NCBI GenBank assembly: GCA_965209155.1
Contig: OZ242383.1
Coordinates: 1,312,001-1,376,000, forward strand
Reading direction: 5' to 3'
DNA length: 64,000 nucleotides
Source: a bacterium
GTDB taxonomy: Bacteria > SAR324 > NAC60-12
The position numbers were made by a program, and so were the translations under genes. This document shows positions 49,882 to 60,036 of the stretch, one piece after another. How positions within the stretch are numbered: position 1 is the stretch's first letter; the number at the start of each line of letters is the position of its first letter. The notes under the pieces are model-generated. The model ran no database searches and was not told where the DNA came from. It worked only from the letters and a program-made list of their open reading frames with translations.

Positions 49882-49951
49882 GTAGGGCCGGGTCACGTCC
49901 CGGCCATTGCATGCGATGCGTTTCTTAGGCCGGGACGTGACCCGGCCCTAC
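49882..49951. repeat. GTAG-type REP doublet, copy 2
   Basis: Identical to 42402-42471. Confidence 0.88.
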
Positions 49952-49953
49952 CG

Positions 49954-50937
49954 ATGGAAATCAAGAACATGAACAACACCCAAGAAACACCATCTCCCAC
50001 CCGTGAACCCAAGCGACGGGGACGGCTGGCTGCATTCTTGATCAGGCTGCTCAAGGAGCAACCCCTGGGAACAGCTTGCGGGATGATCGTCTTGCTCTTG
50101 ATTCTGGTGGCGATCTTTGCCGATGCGCTGGCGCCTTATCCCTATAAGGAAATGAACCTGGTAGACCGGCTCCAGGGACCATCATCCCGGTATCTGCTGG
50201 GGACCGACCAGGCAGGGCGAGACTTGTTCAGCCGCCTGATCTTCGGGGCGCGTATCTCCGTGCTGGTCGGTCTGGCGGCGACCGTGCTCAACGTGGTCGT
50301 CGCTGTCCTGATCGGCGGCATTTCAGGATTCGTCGGGGGTAAAGTGGACCTGGCGGTGCAGCGCTTTGTCGATGCCTGGATGGCCTTCCCGGGACTGCTG
50401 CTCCTGCTGACCATCATGTCTATTGTGGGAAAGGGTCTCCTCCAGATCATCGTGGTGCTGGGAGTTGCCGGAGGTATCAGCGGATCGAGAGTCATCAGGA
50501 GCGCCGTGATCGCTATCAAAGAGAATGATTATTTTCTGGCAGCCCAGGCTGTGGGCTCCCCCACGAGCCGAATCCTGAACCACCATGTGCTGCCCAATAT
50601 TATGGCACCCGTCATTATTGTCTTCTCCATCAACATCGGGGGGGTGATTATGTCTCTGGCGTCTCTGGGCTTCCTCGGCTACGGTCTGCCACCCACCATT
50701 CCCGACTGGGGCGGCATGCTCAGCCGGGAAGGGCGCAAGTTCATGGAGCAGGCCCCCTGGCTGGCACTCTGGCCGGGGGTTTTCCTGACGATTGTCGTCT
50801 ACTCCTTCAACATGTTCGGAGATGCCCTCAGGGACCTGCTCGATCCCCGACTGCGGGGCGGTCAGGGAAGTTATGGCGCCGCAGGGAAACGCAAACGAGG
50901 CCTCCTCGCCCGGCTGATCAACCCTTTCCACCAGTAG
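49954..50937 (+). CDS. DppC/OppC-like permease 3
   Basis: Paralog of 36094-37032. Confidence 0.92.
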   Translation: MEIKNMNNTQETPSPTREPKRRGRLAAFLIRLLKEQPLGTACGMIVLLLILVAIFADALAPYPYKEMNLVDRLQGPSSRYLLGTDQAGRDLFSRLIFGARISVLVGLAATVLNVVVAVLIGGISGFVGGKVDLAVQRFVDAWMAFPGLLLLLTIMSIVGKGLLQIIVVLGVAGGISGSRVIRSAVIAIKENDYFLAAQAVGSPTSRILNHHVLPNIMAPVIIVFSINIGGVIMSLASLGFLGYGLPPTIPDWGGMLSREGRKFMEQAPWLALWPGVFLTIVVYSFNMFGDALRDLLDPRLRGGQGSYGAAGKRKRGLLARLINPFHQ

Positions 50938-50978
50938 CCCCCTCATCAAGAAGATTCTTTTCAATCACCTCCTGCATC

Positions 50979-52085
50979 CTAGGTACTGTACCTCATGTTT
51001 TTATCGGCTTTCTTTTTCAGGATCGCTTCATGGGCTTCGGGAGAGCCATTGTGATAGGTCCCGAACCAATAATCCAAAGGCATAAAGGGTTCCCCGTAAT
51101 TGCACTCGAAGTAGCGGTGATGCAGGTGATGGAAATAACTGCTGGCACCGCCAACCCGGAAGTTTCCCTTGATAACCAGTTGCTGGAACCCGGAATGCCC
51201 CTGGGCTGGAGGAAGCGCGTTGTGTTGGGCGTTCATCAGCATGTGGATCGGATGCGAGGGCACAATCCAGTGAATCAGCACACTACTGAAGACGATCAGG
51301 TGCTCAATCGGATGCATGGCCACCCCGGACCAGGGACCGATATTGATGTTTTTGTGATGGAGGTAGTGCGCCCGCTTGAAGAGCGGCGGCCAGTGCATGA
51401 GACGATGGACCCAGTATAAGTGGAAAATTCGAATCATGGGCATGCAGACCAGCAGTACGATAAAGTAGACCGGCTGTTCTCGCGGGTCGATGTAGGGCAG
51501 CAGGTCGTTGGCGTAGGCCCACATCATCAGCACTTCATATGCCGTCCAGATCGGAACGGCGCTACAACAACACCAGAAGATGTTGTCGCGCAGTTGGTCC
51601 CCCCAAAGAAACCTCCGCTTTCCCGTCGGCATCCACTCGGCGTCGTATTTGTACTGGAACCCCTGGGATTTTCGCGACCAGAGCCAGTAATGCCAGGCAC
51701 TGTTGACGAGGACCAGCAGCACGAGGTTGCGGGCAAACATCTCCAGGATCCAGTCGAGTTGGAAGGTGACGCAGCGGGATAAGGCCGGCTGGAAGTAGAG
51801 CCAGGTGACGATTGCGATTCCAAAATAGATCGTATTCCACGGAAACAGGTAACCCGGGAAGCCAAACAGGTATTTGAAAGCCTCGACCGGTTTGGGTGGC
51901 CAGGCAAACAAAGGGCTGGGAGGACCTGTCCCCCTTTCAGGGTGCCAGTATCCCTTCTCATCCCGAGGCATGCCATCGATCCATCCTTCTTTTTCCTTGT
52001 TGATATTTGCCATCCAGTCCTCCTTACCAAATTGTTTTAAAGCGATTCTTTTAAAGAATGTACTTCGTTCACTTTTATTTTTCAA
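50979..52085 (-). CDS. Sterol desaturase/fatty acid hydroxylase family protein
   Basis: His boxes WVHRLMH, AHYLHH, FHHLHHRYFECNYG. Confidence 0.88.
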   Translation of the reverse strand: MKNKSERSTFFKRIALKQFGKEDWMANINKEKEGWIDGMPRDEKGYWHPERGTGPPSPLFAWPPKPVEAFKYLFGFPGYLFPWNTIYFGIAIVTWLYFQPALSRCVTFQLDWILEMFARNLVLLVLVNSAWHYWLWSRKSQGFQYKYDAEWMPTGKRRFLWGDQLRDNIFWCCCSAVPIWTAYEVLMMWAYANDLLPYIDPREQPVYFIVLLVCMPMIRIFHLYWVHRLMHWPPLFKRAHYLHHKNINIGPWSGVAMHPIEHLIVFSSVLIHWIVPSHPIHMLMNAQHNALPPAQGHSGFQQLVIKGNFRVGGASSYFHHLHHRYFECNYGEPFMPLDYWFGTYHNGSPEAHEAILKKKADKNMRYST

Positions 52086-52132
52086 ATTTTCATTTCATAG
52101 CGCTCAGCGCCGAATCCTGATTACTCATGAAT

Positions 52133-53335
52133 TCAAGATTTCCAATATTGATCGGGTGGAGCCCCCCGGTCATGTAGCATGCAGGAATACACGGCGCTTT
52201 CGTCAAATGGAAAGCTGGCTTCAATTTCTGGGGTGAGCGTGGTCCCGAGACCGGGCGCGGCGGGTTTCTGCAGACAACCCTGGACAATTTTTCCCTGGTC
52301 TCCCATCATCTCCCGAGCGAGGGGAAATTCGAGCATGGGATACTCCACCAATTCACCACCCGCAGCAAAGGCCGCGTGATAGCTTGCCATTATGGCAACG
52401 GCTCCCCCCCAGGCATGCACGACAACGCCAGTACCGTTCGCATGACCTGCAGAGAATACATCCATCACCGCGCTGATTCCACCGATAACTGAAGCGTCCG
52501 GTTGTACAAAATCATAAACATCATCCTGAATACGTTTGATCATCTCCTTGGGAGTGGTAATGATTTCTCCACCACAAATCTCGATGTCCACACGTGAACG
52601 CAGTTCCTTGAAGCCTTCCGGATAGTCGGGACCGATCGCTTCTTCCAGAAACAAGATGGGTCTGTCAGTGAGTCTGCGAACCGCTTCGACATAGCCCACC
52701 ACATCATCCACCGCCTGCGGTGGATCGGCAAGATTCTGGCACATATCGATTCCCACCCGGATGCCTCGTTGCCCCGCCGCTTCCAGGACCCAGGCAGTGC
52801 GATGGATATCTCCCTTGACCGCTCGTATTTTATAGGATTCTATCCCCATTGAGTCCAACAAATCCAGTTCTCGCGCAAACTGCTCCTTCGCATCGCAGCA
52901 GCCGCCACTGCCATAGATCCGGATGGACTCACTCTTGCATCCTCCAAAAATCTCGAAAGCCGGGACGCCGTACGATTTGGCTTTCGCATCGACCAGCGCG
53001 ATCTCGTAGGCGCTGGTGACATGACGGGCAGCGCCCTGCAGTGACCAGTAGTCACATACGCTGCATAAATCCCTGACCCGCTCCTTGATGGCAAAACCAT
53101 CCTTACCAAGCATATATGGAGTGGTCAATTCCACAATGGCCTGGAACACTTTAGGCGCAAACACTGCCAGGTACCCTTCACCAATACCGGTGACCCCATT
53201 TTCAAGAGTGACTTCAACCATACCCACAGTCCGTTTCGGTCCATTGGGGAAACATTCCTTTATTTCCGGATCATCGGCATCCGCATAGGGTGAGCTGAGT
53301 AAAATACACCTGACTTGTTGGATATCGGACATCAA
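52133..53335 (-). CDS. Mandelate racemase/muconate lactonizing enolase superfamily protein
   Basis: EIALVD..AK..GVP, KIR, FLEE, GGE, QPD..VIGGIS, HAWG. Confidence 0.88.
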   Translation of the reverse strand: MMSDIQQVRCILLSSPYADADDPEIKECFPNGPKRTVGMVEVTLENGVTGIGEGYLAVFAPKVFQAIVELTTPYMLGKDGFAIKERVRDLCSVCDYWSLQGAARHVTSAYEIALVDAKAKSYGVPAFEIFGGCKSESIRIYGSGGCCDAKEQFARELDLLDSMGIESYKIRAVKGDIHRTAWVLEAAGQRGIRVGIDMCQNLADPPQAVDDVVGYVEAVRRLTDRPILFLEEAIGPDYPEGFKELRSRVDIEICGGEIITTPKEMIKRIQDDVYDFVQPDASVIGGISAVMDVFSAGHANGTGVVVHAWGGAVAIMASYHAAFAAGGELVEYPMLEFPLAREMMGDQGKIVQGCLQKPAAPGLGTTLTPEIEASFPFDESAVYSCMLHDRGAPPDQYWKS

Positions 53336-54264
53336 TATCCTCTTTCAAGATCTACCACGCTGAGCAATGGTTTTCCTGCACGGTAGCGTGCGAGATTCTC
53401 TGCAAATACGTCAATTTTTCGATCGAGCTCATCTCGACTACCCCCTCCGCTATGTTGGGTGAGGATCAAATGCGGCGCTGTCCAGAACGGATGATCGTCC
53501 GGCAGCGGTTCATCCATCGTCACATCGATGACAGCCCCTCCCATTTCGTGATTTTCGAGCGCTTCCGCGAGTGCTGCTTCGTCAACAATGGACCCACGTC
53601 CCACATTGACGAACAACGCATCCTGTTTGAGCAATTCGAGACGCGCCTTATTAAAAATCCCAATAGTCGCATTGGTTTCCGGTGCAGTGCAAACCACGAT
53701 ATCCGCCGCGGACAATGCCTGGTCGAGTTGAGCAGGTGTCCAACTGCTACCGAAACGAGTGATATGGCACTGGAACGGAGTCAATAGTTCAGCCAGGCGC
53801 CGGTTGATTGAACCATAACCGAATAACACTACCGCGACTCCGGTCAAGCTTCGTAACTCCTCTCGTATCGGATCACCCACCCATTCCTTTTTATGCTTCA
53901 GTCGCACCAACCGGTCGATCCCACGAAAGTGCGCCAGTATTCCCGCCAAGGTAGATTGCGCGACGGGGTCGGCGAAAAAACCCGCCAGGTTGGTTATCGT
54001 GATCTGCTTTTCCAACTCGGACCAGTCCAGGTTTCTGTATTCACCAAACCCGACCGACTCGAGCTGTATCCATCGAAGCCTGGAAGTCTTTTCCAGCCAC
54101 CCGGAAGGCACGTTCCCAAAAACCACCTCACATTGGGTAAATACCGGATCCATCTCCGTATTATCGTCGTAGTTGGTACGAATATGCAGGCTTCCCTTAT
54201 CGATAATCTTGCGTAAACGAGTGATTTGCCTGTTATTCAGTTCAAAGGATAGATAAATTTCCAT
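53332..54264 (-). CDS. D-2-hydroxyacid dehydrogenase family protein
   Basis: GYGSI, FVNVGRGSIVDE, DV..EPL, LTQH. Confidence 0.88.
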   Translation of the reverse strand: MEIYLSFELNNRQITRLRKIIDKGSLHIRTNYDDNTEMDPVFTQCEVVFGNVPSGWLEKTSRLRWIQLESVGFGEYRNLDWSELEKQITITNLAGFFADPVAQSTLAGILAHFRGIDRLVRLKHKKEWVGDPIREELRSLTGVAVVLFGYGSINRRLAELLTPFQCHITRFGSSWTPAQLDQALSAADIVVCTAPETNATIGIFNKARLELLKQDALFVNVGRGSIVDEAALAEALENHEMGGAVIDVTMDEPLPDDHPFWTAPHLILTQHSGGGSRDELDRKIDVFAENLARYRAGKPLLSVVDLERGY

Positions 54265-54490
54265 AAAATCATGCGAACCAGGAGTTGAAATTTAATTTGT
54301 AAAATCAATAATTTAATAATTATGATGTGTCATGCTGGTCCCGGATCATCCTGGATTCCTGGTCAAGCCAGGAATGACACGTTTTTTTAACACCTGATTC
54401 ACGTAAATCCCAATCGAGTCGAAAGTCGTACTCAGTCGAGTCGGGAATCGCGTAGATGTCCGTTTTTCCGATTCAACAGTTAAATTTTCA

Positions 54491-55444
54491 TCAAGCTACC
54501 AGCCCCGGAACCCCGGTACGGAGCATCATATTTTTGGTTTGTTCTCTGTATTTTTCACGGATATCGCGGGTGGGGGGACGGCAACGACTCGATGGCAATC
54601 CGATCAACTCCATGCATAGTTTATCGAGATAGCCGTCTCCACTGGTATATTCTTGTTCGATTTGTACCCAAAGATGATAAAAGGGCATAATCTTACCAAT
54701 CAAGTCGTTTTGAACCTCTTGGTAATTTTTACTTTTCAGGTTTTCATACATATTTATTCCCAATTCCGGCCAATAATTACAAGCATGCACTTCTATTGCT
54801 TTGGCTCCCATCATGAAACTGATATTGAATAAAAGATTGTTGTCGATGATGCAAAAACGATTGGAATACCTGGCGCAGACTGTTTCGAATTCCATCGCAT
54901 CAGTACGTGGCACTGCCCATTTCAAACCGATGATATTGGGGGTCTCCGCCAGTTTCTCTACCAGGGAATCGCTGACGTTGCTGCTTGTCCAGAATGTGTT
55001 GTAGATGATGATACCGATCTCAGGAGAGGCGTTTGCTCCGGCCATCGCAAATTCAAAAAAATCCTCTTCAGTATGATTGAAGTAATAAGGGGGCGAAATT
55101 TGTACAAAGTCAGCCCCGAGTTCCGCAGCAGATTTGACGAGTTTGACCAACTCCCGGGTATTGGTAGTTTGCCCCCCCATCGCGACCGGCACTCTTCCCC
55201 GGGTTTCCGCAATAATGGCTTTTGCCACTGCAACCCGTTCGTCGAAGGTCATAGTGGAAAAATCGCCTGCCGCCCCTCCGGAAAGAAACACCGCGTTTTC
55301 GGCGTTCATTCCTTTCTCAATTAAGTACTGGACGTGGGATTTTATCGCATCCAGATCCAATGAGAGATCCTGGTCGTGAAACATGGTGGGAATCGTAACG
55401 TAACAACCTGCCAGTTTGTTTTTCAAGTTTTCGTAATCGATCAT
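54491..55444 (-). CDS. Dihydrodipicolinate synthase (DHDPS/NAL) family aldolase
   Basis: GRVPV..G, GAD.V.ISPPYY, IIIYN, NIIGLKW (Schiff-base Lys). Confidence 0.85.
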   Translation of the reverse strand: MIDYENLKNKLAGCYVTIPTMFHDQDLSLDLDAIKSHVQYLIEKGMNAENAVFLSGGAAGDFSTMTFDERVAVAKAIIAETRGRVPVAMGGQTTNTRELVKLVKSAAELGADFVQISPPYYFNHTEEDFFEFAMAGANASPEIGIIIYNTFWTSSNVSDSLVEKLAETPNIIGLKWAVPRTDAMEFETVCARYSNRFCIIDNNLLFNISFMMGAKAIEVHACNYWPELGINMYENLKSKNYQEVQNDLIGKIMPFYHLWVQIEQEYTSGDGYLDKLCMELIGLPSSRCRPPTRDIREKYREQTKNMMLRTGVPGLVA

Positions 55445-55648
55445 GATTCCCGGAGTGATAGTATTTTCCTATGCGAAAGCGTTCAGCAGTTTAACGACTT
55501 TCAATGAGTCAGCGTGATTTGAACCTATCTGAAAAAACCGGCATGGACAAAGAATAAAGAGACTTTTTTTACCTTTCGGTGGCGCTGGCGTCGGATTGGA
55601 TTCGCTTGTCGATTACTTCAGGGGAAAAAAGGGATTCTCTGAAACCGG

Positions 55649-56506
55649 TTAGCCTTTCATCCCGGAGGTGATCACATTGCTCATGAAAAATCGTTGCAGA
55701 ATCAAGAAAACGATCAAACTTGGAATGGCCAGCAAGGAAGCTGCGGCGGCTCCCATGCCATAATATTCCGTAATATTCGTGCTCCCGCGGAGCGAAGGCG
55801 AAAACTGGGCGATCCCGACAGGAAGAGTTCTCACCATGTCCGAAGTGCTCATAATCAAAGGCCAGAGATATTGGTTGAAATTTTCAGCAAATGCCAGGAT
55901 CCCCACAGAAGTGCACGCTGGAATGGACAAGGGGAGCACAATACGGTAGAAACGCCCCCAGAGACCGCAGCCATCGATAGCGGCTGCGTCTTCCAGATCA
56001 CGGGGAATGCTGAGGAAGAACTGCCGGAATAAATAGATTGAAAATGGGCTGGCAACCGAGGGCAGAATTATGGACCACCTCGTACCAATCAACTCAAAAT
56101 TGCCCATCATCCGATACAAGGGGATCAGCATCACTTCGAATGGCATCATAAATGAAGCGAGCACCAACCAAAACAACAAATCTCGCCCGAAAAATTGCAA
56201 TCGCGCAAACGCATAACCCGCCGCCGCGCCCATGAATAACGTCATCGCAGTTGAGACGATAGAAATGTAAAGGCTATTGAAGGTCCATTGCGCAATTGGT
56301 TTTTCAAAAACGCGCTCGTAGTGTTCGAGGACAAATTCAGTCGGAATCCATTGTGGCGGGTTGGTCAGGATTTCTCCCGTCGGTTTGATCGAGGTGAGGA
56401 TAATCCACAATAAAGGGAAAAACCATAAAATGGTAAACCCCAATCCTATGACGACGATCGCCAAGGGGATCGTATGTTTTTTTTGTCTTATGTCAAAAAA
56501 TTTCAT
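55649..56506 (-). CDS. Carbohydrate ABC permease (MalG-like)
   Basis: AGYAFARL, FRQFFLSIPRDLEDAAAIDG. Confidence 0.92.
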   Translation of the reverse strand: MKFFDIRQKKHTIPLAIVVIGLGFTILWFFPLLWIILTSIKPTGEILTNPPQWIPTEFVLEHYERVFEKPIAQWTFNSLYISIVSTAMTLFMGAAAGYAFARLQFFGRDLLFWLVLASFMMPFEVMLIPLYRMMGNFELIGTRWSIILPSVASPFSIYLFRQFFLSIPRDLEDAAAIDGCGLWGRFYRIVLPLSIPACTSVGILAFAENFNQYLWPLIMSTSDMVRTLPVGIAQFSPSLRGSTNITEYYGMGAAAASLLAIPSLIVFLILQRFFMSNVITSGMKG

Positions 56507-56520
56507 TTCTCTAAAGTACT

Positions 56521-57474
56521 TTAAAAGTATCGTTGCTCTCCACGCAACAGGGTGAAACGCAAAATAGTCAAAATCATAATCACCAAGAAAAGCAAGACGC
56601 CAATGGCTGCGGCCATACCTTGTTCATAGCGGGTAAAGCCGATGTGGAAGATAAAATATACAACCGAGGTCGAGTAATCGCTGGGGCCCCCCTGCGTGAT
56701 GATATGGATGAGACTGAAAACCCGCATCGCTTCGATGAGGGTGATGGTGATCACTAAAGTAGAGGCGGGAAGTAACAAGGGAAAGGTGATCCGCCAGAAG
56801 ACTTGCCAGGAATTCGCGCCATCAATGCGAGCGGCTTCAACCAATTCATTGGGAATGCTTTGCAGCGCGGCAAGAAAGATCACCATTCCAAATCCCGCCT
56901 GCCACCATGTAGTGATGAAGGCGACCACCGGTAAAACCAGGTTCGGCTCCTTCAACCAGGCGATCCGACTGGGCAGACCCACCATACCCATTCCCACGTT
57001 GACCAGGCCAAATTGCGTTTGAAACATCCAATTCCAGATGATGGCCACCAGGGTCGCTGCCAGGACATAAGGTGCGAAGAATACCAAACGCGAAAAAGTA
57101 TGAGTGGGTAACTTTCGGTTGACATAGACCGCCATGAACAAAGCGAAAAAAAATGCCATGGGGACCACGATGAGGGAGTACTGGAGGGTGACGATGAAAG
57201 CGCGGCCGACTTCGGAACTGGTAAATGCATTGATGTAATTATCGAAGCCAATAAACTTGGGGGGGCGTGGTCCGATTTTAGCGTTCGTGAAACTGGTCAG
57301 AATGCCGAGTAAAAACGGATAAATTCTGAAGATAATGAAGATGATCAAGAAGGGAATGACAAAGGTATATGCCGCAGGATTGAGTCGCTTCAAGGCAACC
57401 ACCCACCAGGGTTTTGTGGAAAATTGCCGTGCAGCCATTCTATTGGGAGGCGTGATCGCTTTATAAGCAGGCAT
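56521..57474 (-). CDS. Carbohydrate ABC permease (MalF-like)
   Basis: FIGFDNY, LQSIP.EL.EAARIDGA, ITFPLL.P, TQGGP. Confidence 0.92.
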   Translation of the reverse strand: MPAYKAITPPNRMAARQFSTKPWWVVALKRLNPAAYTFVIPFLIIFIIFRIYPFLLGILTSFTNAKIGPRPPKFIGFDNYINAFTSSEVGRAFIVTLQYSLIVVPMAFFFALFMAVYVNRKLPTHTFSRLVFFAPYVLAATLVAIIWNWMFQTQFGLVNVGMGMVGLPSRIAWLKEPNLVLPVVAFITTWWQAGFGMVIFLAALQSIPNELVEAARIDGANSWQVFWRITFPLLLPASTLVITITLIEAMRVFSLIHIITQGGPSDYSTSVVYFIFHIGFTRYEQGMAAAIGVLLFLVIMILTILRFTLLRGEQRYF

Positions 57475-57574
57475 TTTGTTTCTCCCAATACGGGTTTTCG
57501 TCGATCTCCAAGGTGGGGGTGTCAGCCGGGAATTAAAGTGAAGTTAAAGCCAATCTTCGGCTTGTACCTGGCCT

Positions 57575-58480
57575 TCATCGCTCCCAAAACCATGGATGGG
57601 GTTTAGTTTTCAAATTGGGCAGTCGCTCCCAATAGTGGGCAATGGGACTGTCCCGCCACTCTTTTTCCAAAGTTTCCCAGGTGAAGGGTTCTCCCAGAGA
57701 ACTTGCGTGAGGTTTGAACCAATCCTCAGCGATCACATGACTTTCGCCAGTATAGCGAAAATCCACCGAAAGTCTCAAGATATCCGGTGTGAGGTTGGGT
57801 GCTGCAGCATGGATAGTAAGCATTTTGAATAGCAGAATATCCCCGCAGTGGTAGCCAGACTGCACCCATTCCAGTCTGGGATCGACATCGACAGTTCTAC
57901 TTCCGACACCAGGGGCGGGTCTCGGTTTAAGGAATCCTGCTTTGTGGCTACCTTCCAATAATTTGAGACCCCCGACTTCTAATGGTATACCACCCAGCGG
58001 TAGCCAACAGGTGATGGTCTCCACGGAACCGCCCACAAAAATCCAGTCCTGATGGGGATGAGTGGCGCGCTCATTGTCACGGGGAAAGGCGATACGCCCG
58101 ATCGTTTGGGGAAAGGGAATGACGGGCTCCTGGAAGATGGATTCCATGATGCTGATGATATTTTCTTGAAATTTCAACTTATGGAAAGCTTCCAGGGCCT
58201 GGACCCGGGCATACACGGGATGGTACTCCTCATCCTGTTCCATAATAGGGTCGCGATCCGTCAGACCATCCACCAGGTTGCTCCCCGGGCGCAACCAACC
58301 GGCTTCCTGACAAATTTCCAGAATTTGTCGTCTCAGCTGCAAAACCTCATCTTGCAGGAGGATGTTCCTGAGAAATAAATAGCCGTCGTCCCGTAAGCGC
58401 TTACGCAACCTCGAAGGATCGTTAAGAAGACTGTTCGATACTGTGAACGGTTTCACTTTTGCCTCCTTGAGAATTTTCAC
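57575..58480 (-). CDS. Phytanoyl-CoA dioxygenase (PhyH) family Fe(II)/2OG enzyme
   Basis: DGYLFLR, HQD, WLPLG, GGL.LLEGSH, GDILLF...IH, LRLSVDFRY. Confidence 0.9.
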   Translation of the reverse strand: MKILKEAKVKPFTVSNSLLNDPSRLRKRLRDDGYLFLRNILLQDEVLQLRRQILEICQEAGWLRPGSNLVDGLTDRDPIMEQDEEYHPVYARVQALEAFHKLKFQENIISIMESIFQEPVIPFPQTIGRIAFPRDNERATHPHQDWIFVGGSVETITCWLPLGGIPLEVGGLKLLEGSHKAGFLKPRPAPGVGSRTVDVDPRLEWVQSGYHCGDILLFKMLTIHAAAPNLTPDILRLSVDFRYTGESHVIAEDWFKPHASSLGEPFTWETLEKEWRDSPIAHYWERLPNLKTKPHPWFWER

Positions 58481-58537
58481 AAAATTCAGGTTTCGATCCC
58501 TTGCGAAAAAAAGGAGGCCAACTAGAATGAAAACCTT

Positions 58538-59848
58538 CTAGCCGTGAGCTGCCGCCGGTTGTTCGCGCAGGAGGGTGGAGAGATACTCGTCCACCTCATT
58601 CAACCCTTCATCCACACTTTTCGATTTATCCCAAACCTTGTCCAGCATACGAGTGATTGCACTCGAACTACCACCATAGACAGAAAATTCAGCTCCTTTC
58701 GGATGAGAGACATCCCAAAATGCATACTTGCCATTTTCTTCGGAGCCTTTAAAGTATTTCTTATGCGGTGAATTCATATACCCCGAGTAGTTAAGCCCTT
58801 CTTGGGTCACCGGAATTTGTGAAGAAGCCACGCCAAATTCTCCGGCATGCTCGGCGTAATACCTGTAGATCTTGCCGATTGCTTCCTTGACATCATCCGG
58901 ACGTCCATAGGGGAGCACCAGTCCGCTATACTCATACATCACCGCCCGTTGGTCTCCCAATATTGGCATCACGTCGCTATGGAAATTCAGGTTGTTCTGA
59001 GCAAGAGAGCTGCCCACTACCCAGGTACCCGAATAGAACATCGAAGCCTGGCCCGTCAGCCAATAATCGTAGCGTTGAGTGATATTGGGATCCGTGATTT
59101 CCCATTCGTAAAGGGTATTGAGGACGAATTCAGCAGCTTTTCGTCCCGCTTCATTATTGAAATTGGTCTGCTTCCCATCTTGCGTGACGACCGACCCCCC
59201 ATACTGGTAAAGCAACGCTCCCCAGATATTATTGGGCAGAATCCCTGATCTCGGACAGGAAAAGCCAGATTGAATGATATTGCCGCTGCTGTCTCGCAGG
59301 GTCAATTTTTTGGCCCACTCTACAAATTCTTCCAGGTTTTCCGGTTCCCGGTCTGTGGGTAAGCCTGCTTTTTCCAAGTGGTCCAGGTTGTAGAAAAGGA
59401 CCCATGAATTCCAACCGTGAGGCACCGCGTAGAGTTTTCCATTCCAGCGGCAACGGTCCAACGCAAATGGTAAAATCTTGTCGAGAGGATAATTGGCCGC
59501 GGCCAGCATTTCATCCATCGGATCGAGTGCCTCGATGCCCAAAACATACCCTCCCATGTAAGGATAATCGCATTCGTACATATCTGGTAAATCGTTGGCG
59601 CCAAAGGCAGCAACGAACTTGGTTTCCGCATCATTCGTAAAGTTCTCGAAAGTGACATCATACCCGTGTTCTTGCGCAGCGCGTTTACCAAATTCAATCA
59701 GGGGATCCCCGGCAGACGCTCCCAATCCCAACCAAAACCGCATTTGCCGCAAGGCATATGCTTGTTGAGGCGTCAAATTCAGGGCCGCTGCTCCGGCAAT
59801 GGCCAACGACGAATTTCTGATGAATTTTCTTCTTGTGATATTCTTCAT
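58538..59848 (-). CDS. Carbohydrate ABC substrate-binding protein with Tat signal
   Basis: TRRKFI twin-arginine motif; GKLYAVP, LFYN.D.LEKAGL. Confidence 0.88.
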   Translation of the reverse strand: MKNITRRKFIRNSSLAIAGAAALNLTPQQAYALRQMRFWLGLGASAGDPLIEFGKRAAQEHGYDVTFENFTNDAETKFVAAFGANDLPDMYECDYPYMGGYVLGIEALDPMDEMLAAANYPLDKILPFALDRCRWNGKLYAVPHGWNSWVLFYNLDHLEKAGLPTDREPENLEEFVEWAKKLTLRDSSGNIIQSGFSCPRSGILPNNIWGALLYQYGGSVVTQDGKQTNFNNEAGRKAAEFVLNTLYEWEITDPNITQRYDYWLTGQASMFYSGTWVVGSSLAQNNLNFHSDVMPILGDQRAVMYEYSGLVLPYGRPDDVKEAIGKIYRYYAEHAGEFGVASSQIPVTQEGLNYSGYMNSPHKKYFKGSEENGKYAFWDVSHPKGAEFSVYGGSSSAITRMLDKVWDKSKSVDEGLNEVDEYLSTLLREQPAAAHG

Positions 59849-59945
59849 ACAATACTCCTGAAAAATTAATAATTTGTCCCAAATCCACCAATTTGATTTG
59901 AGACCAGAAAAACAATTCAGAAAGCCACTCTTGATCCGGCTTCCT

Positions 59946-60008
59946 GGTGTAAACCTTTAAAGTTTACACCTCTTTTGTGGAAATTTCAAAGCAACAATAA
60001 ATTTCCAC
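59946..60008. promoter_or_regulatory. Two adjacent inverted repeats (operator or RNA hairpins)
   Basis: GGTGTAAAC-N7-GTTTACACC and GTGGAAATTT-N12-AAATTTCCAC. Confidence 0.4.
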
Positions 60009-60036
60009 CAAGTCTCATAGCTTCCTTAAAACAATA

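Noticed and set aside
54330..54380. GTCAT...GGAATGAC short palindromic repeats (also ~61420-61445 and ~38856-38895)
   Set aside because: A common REP-like class with degenerate copies; no evidence of a special role here.
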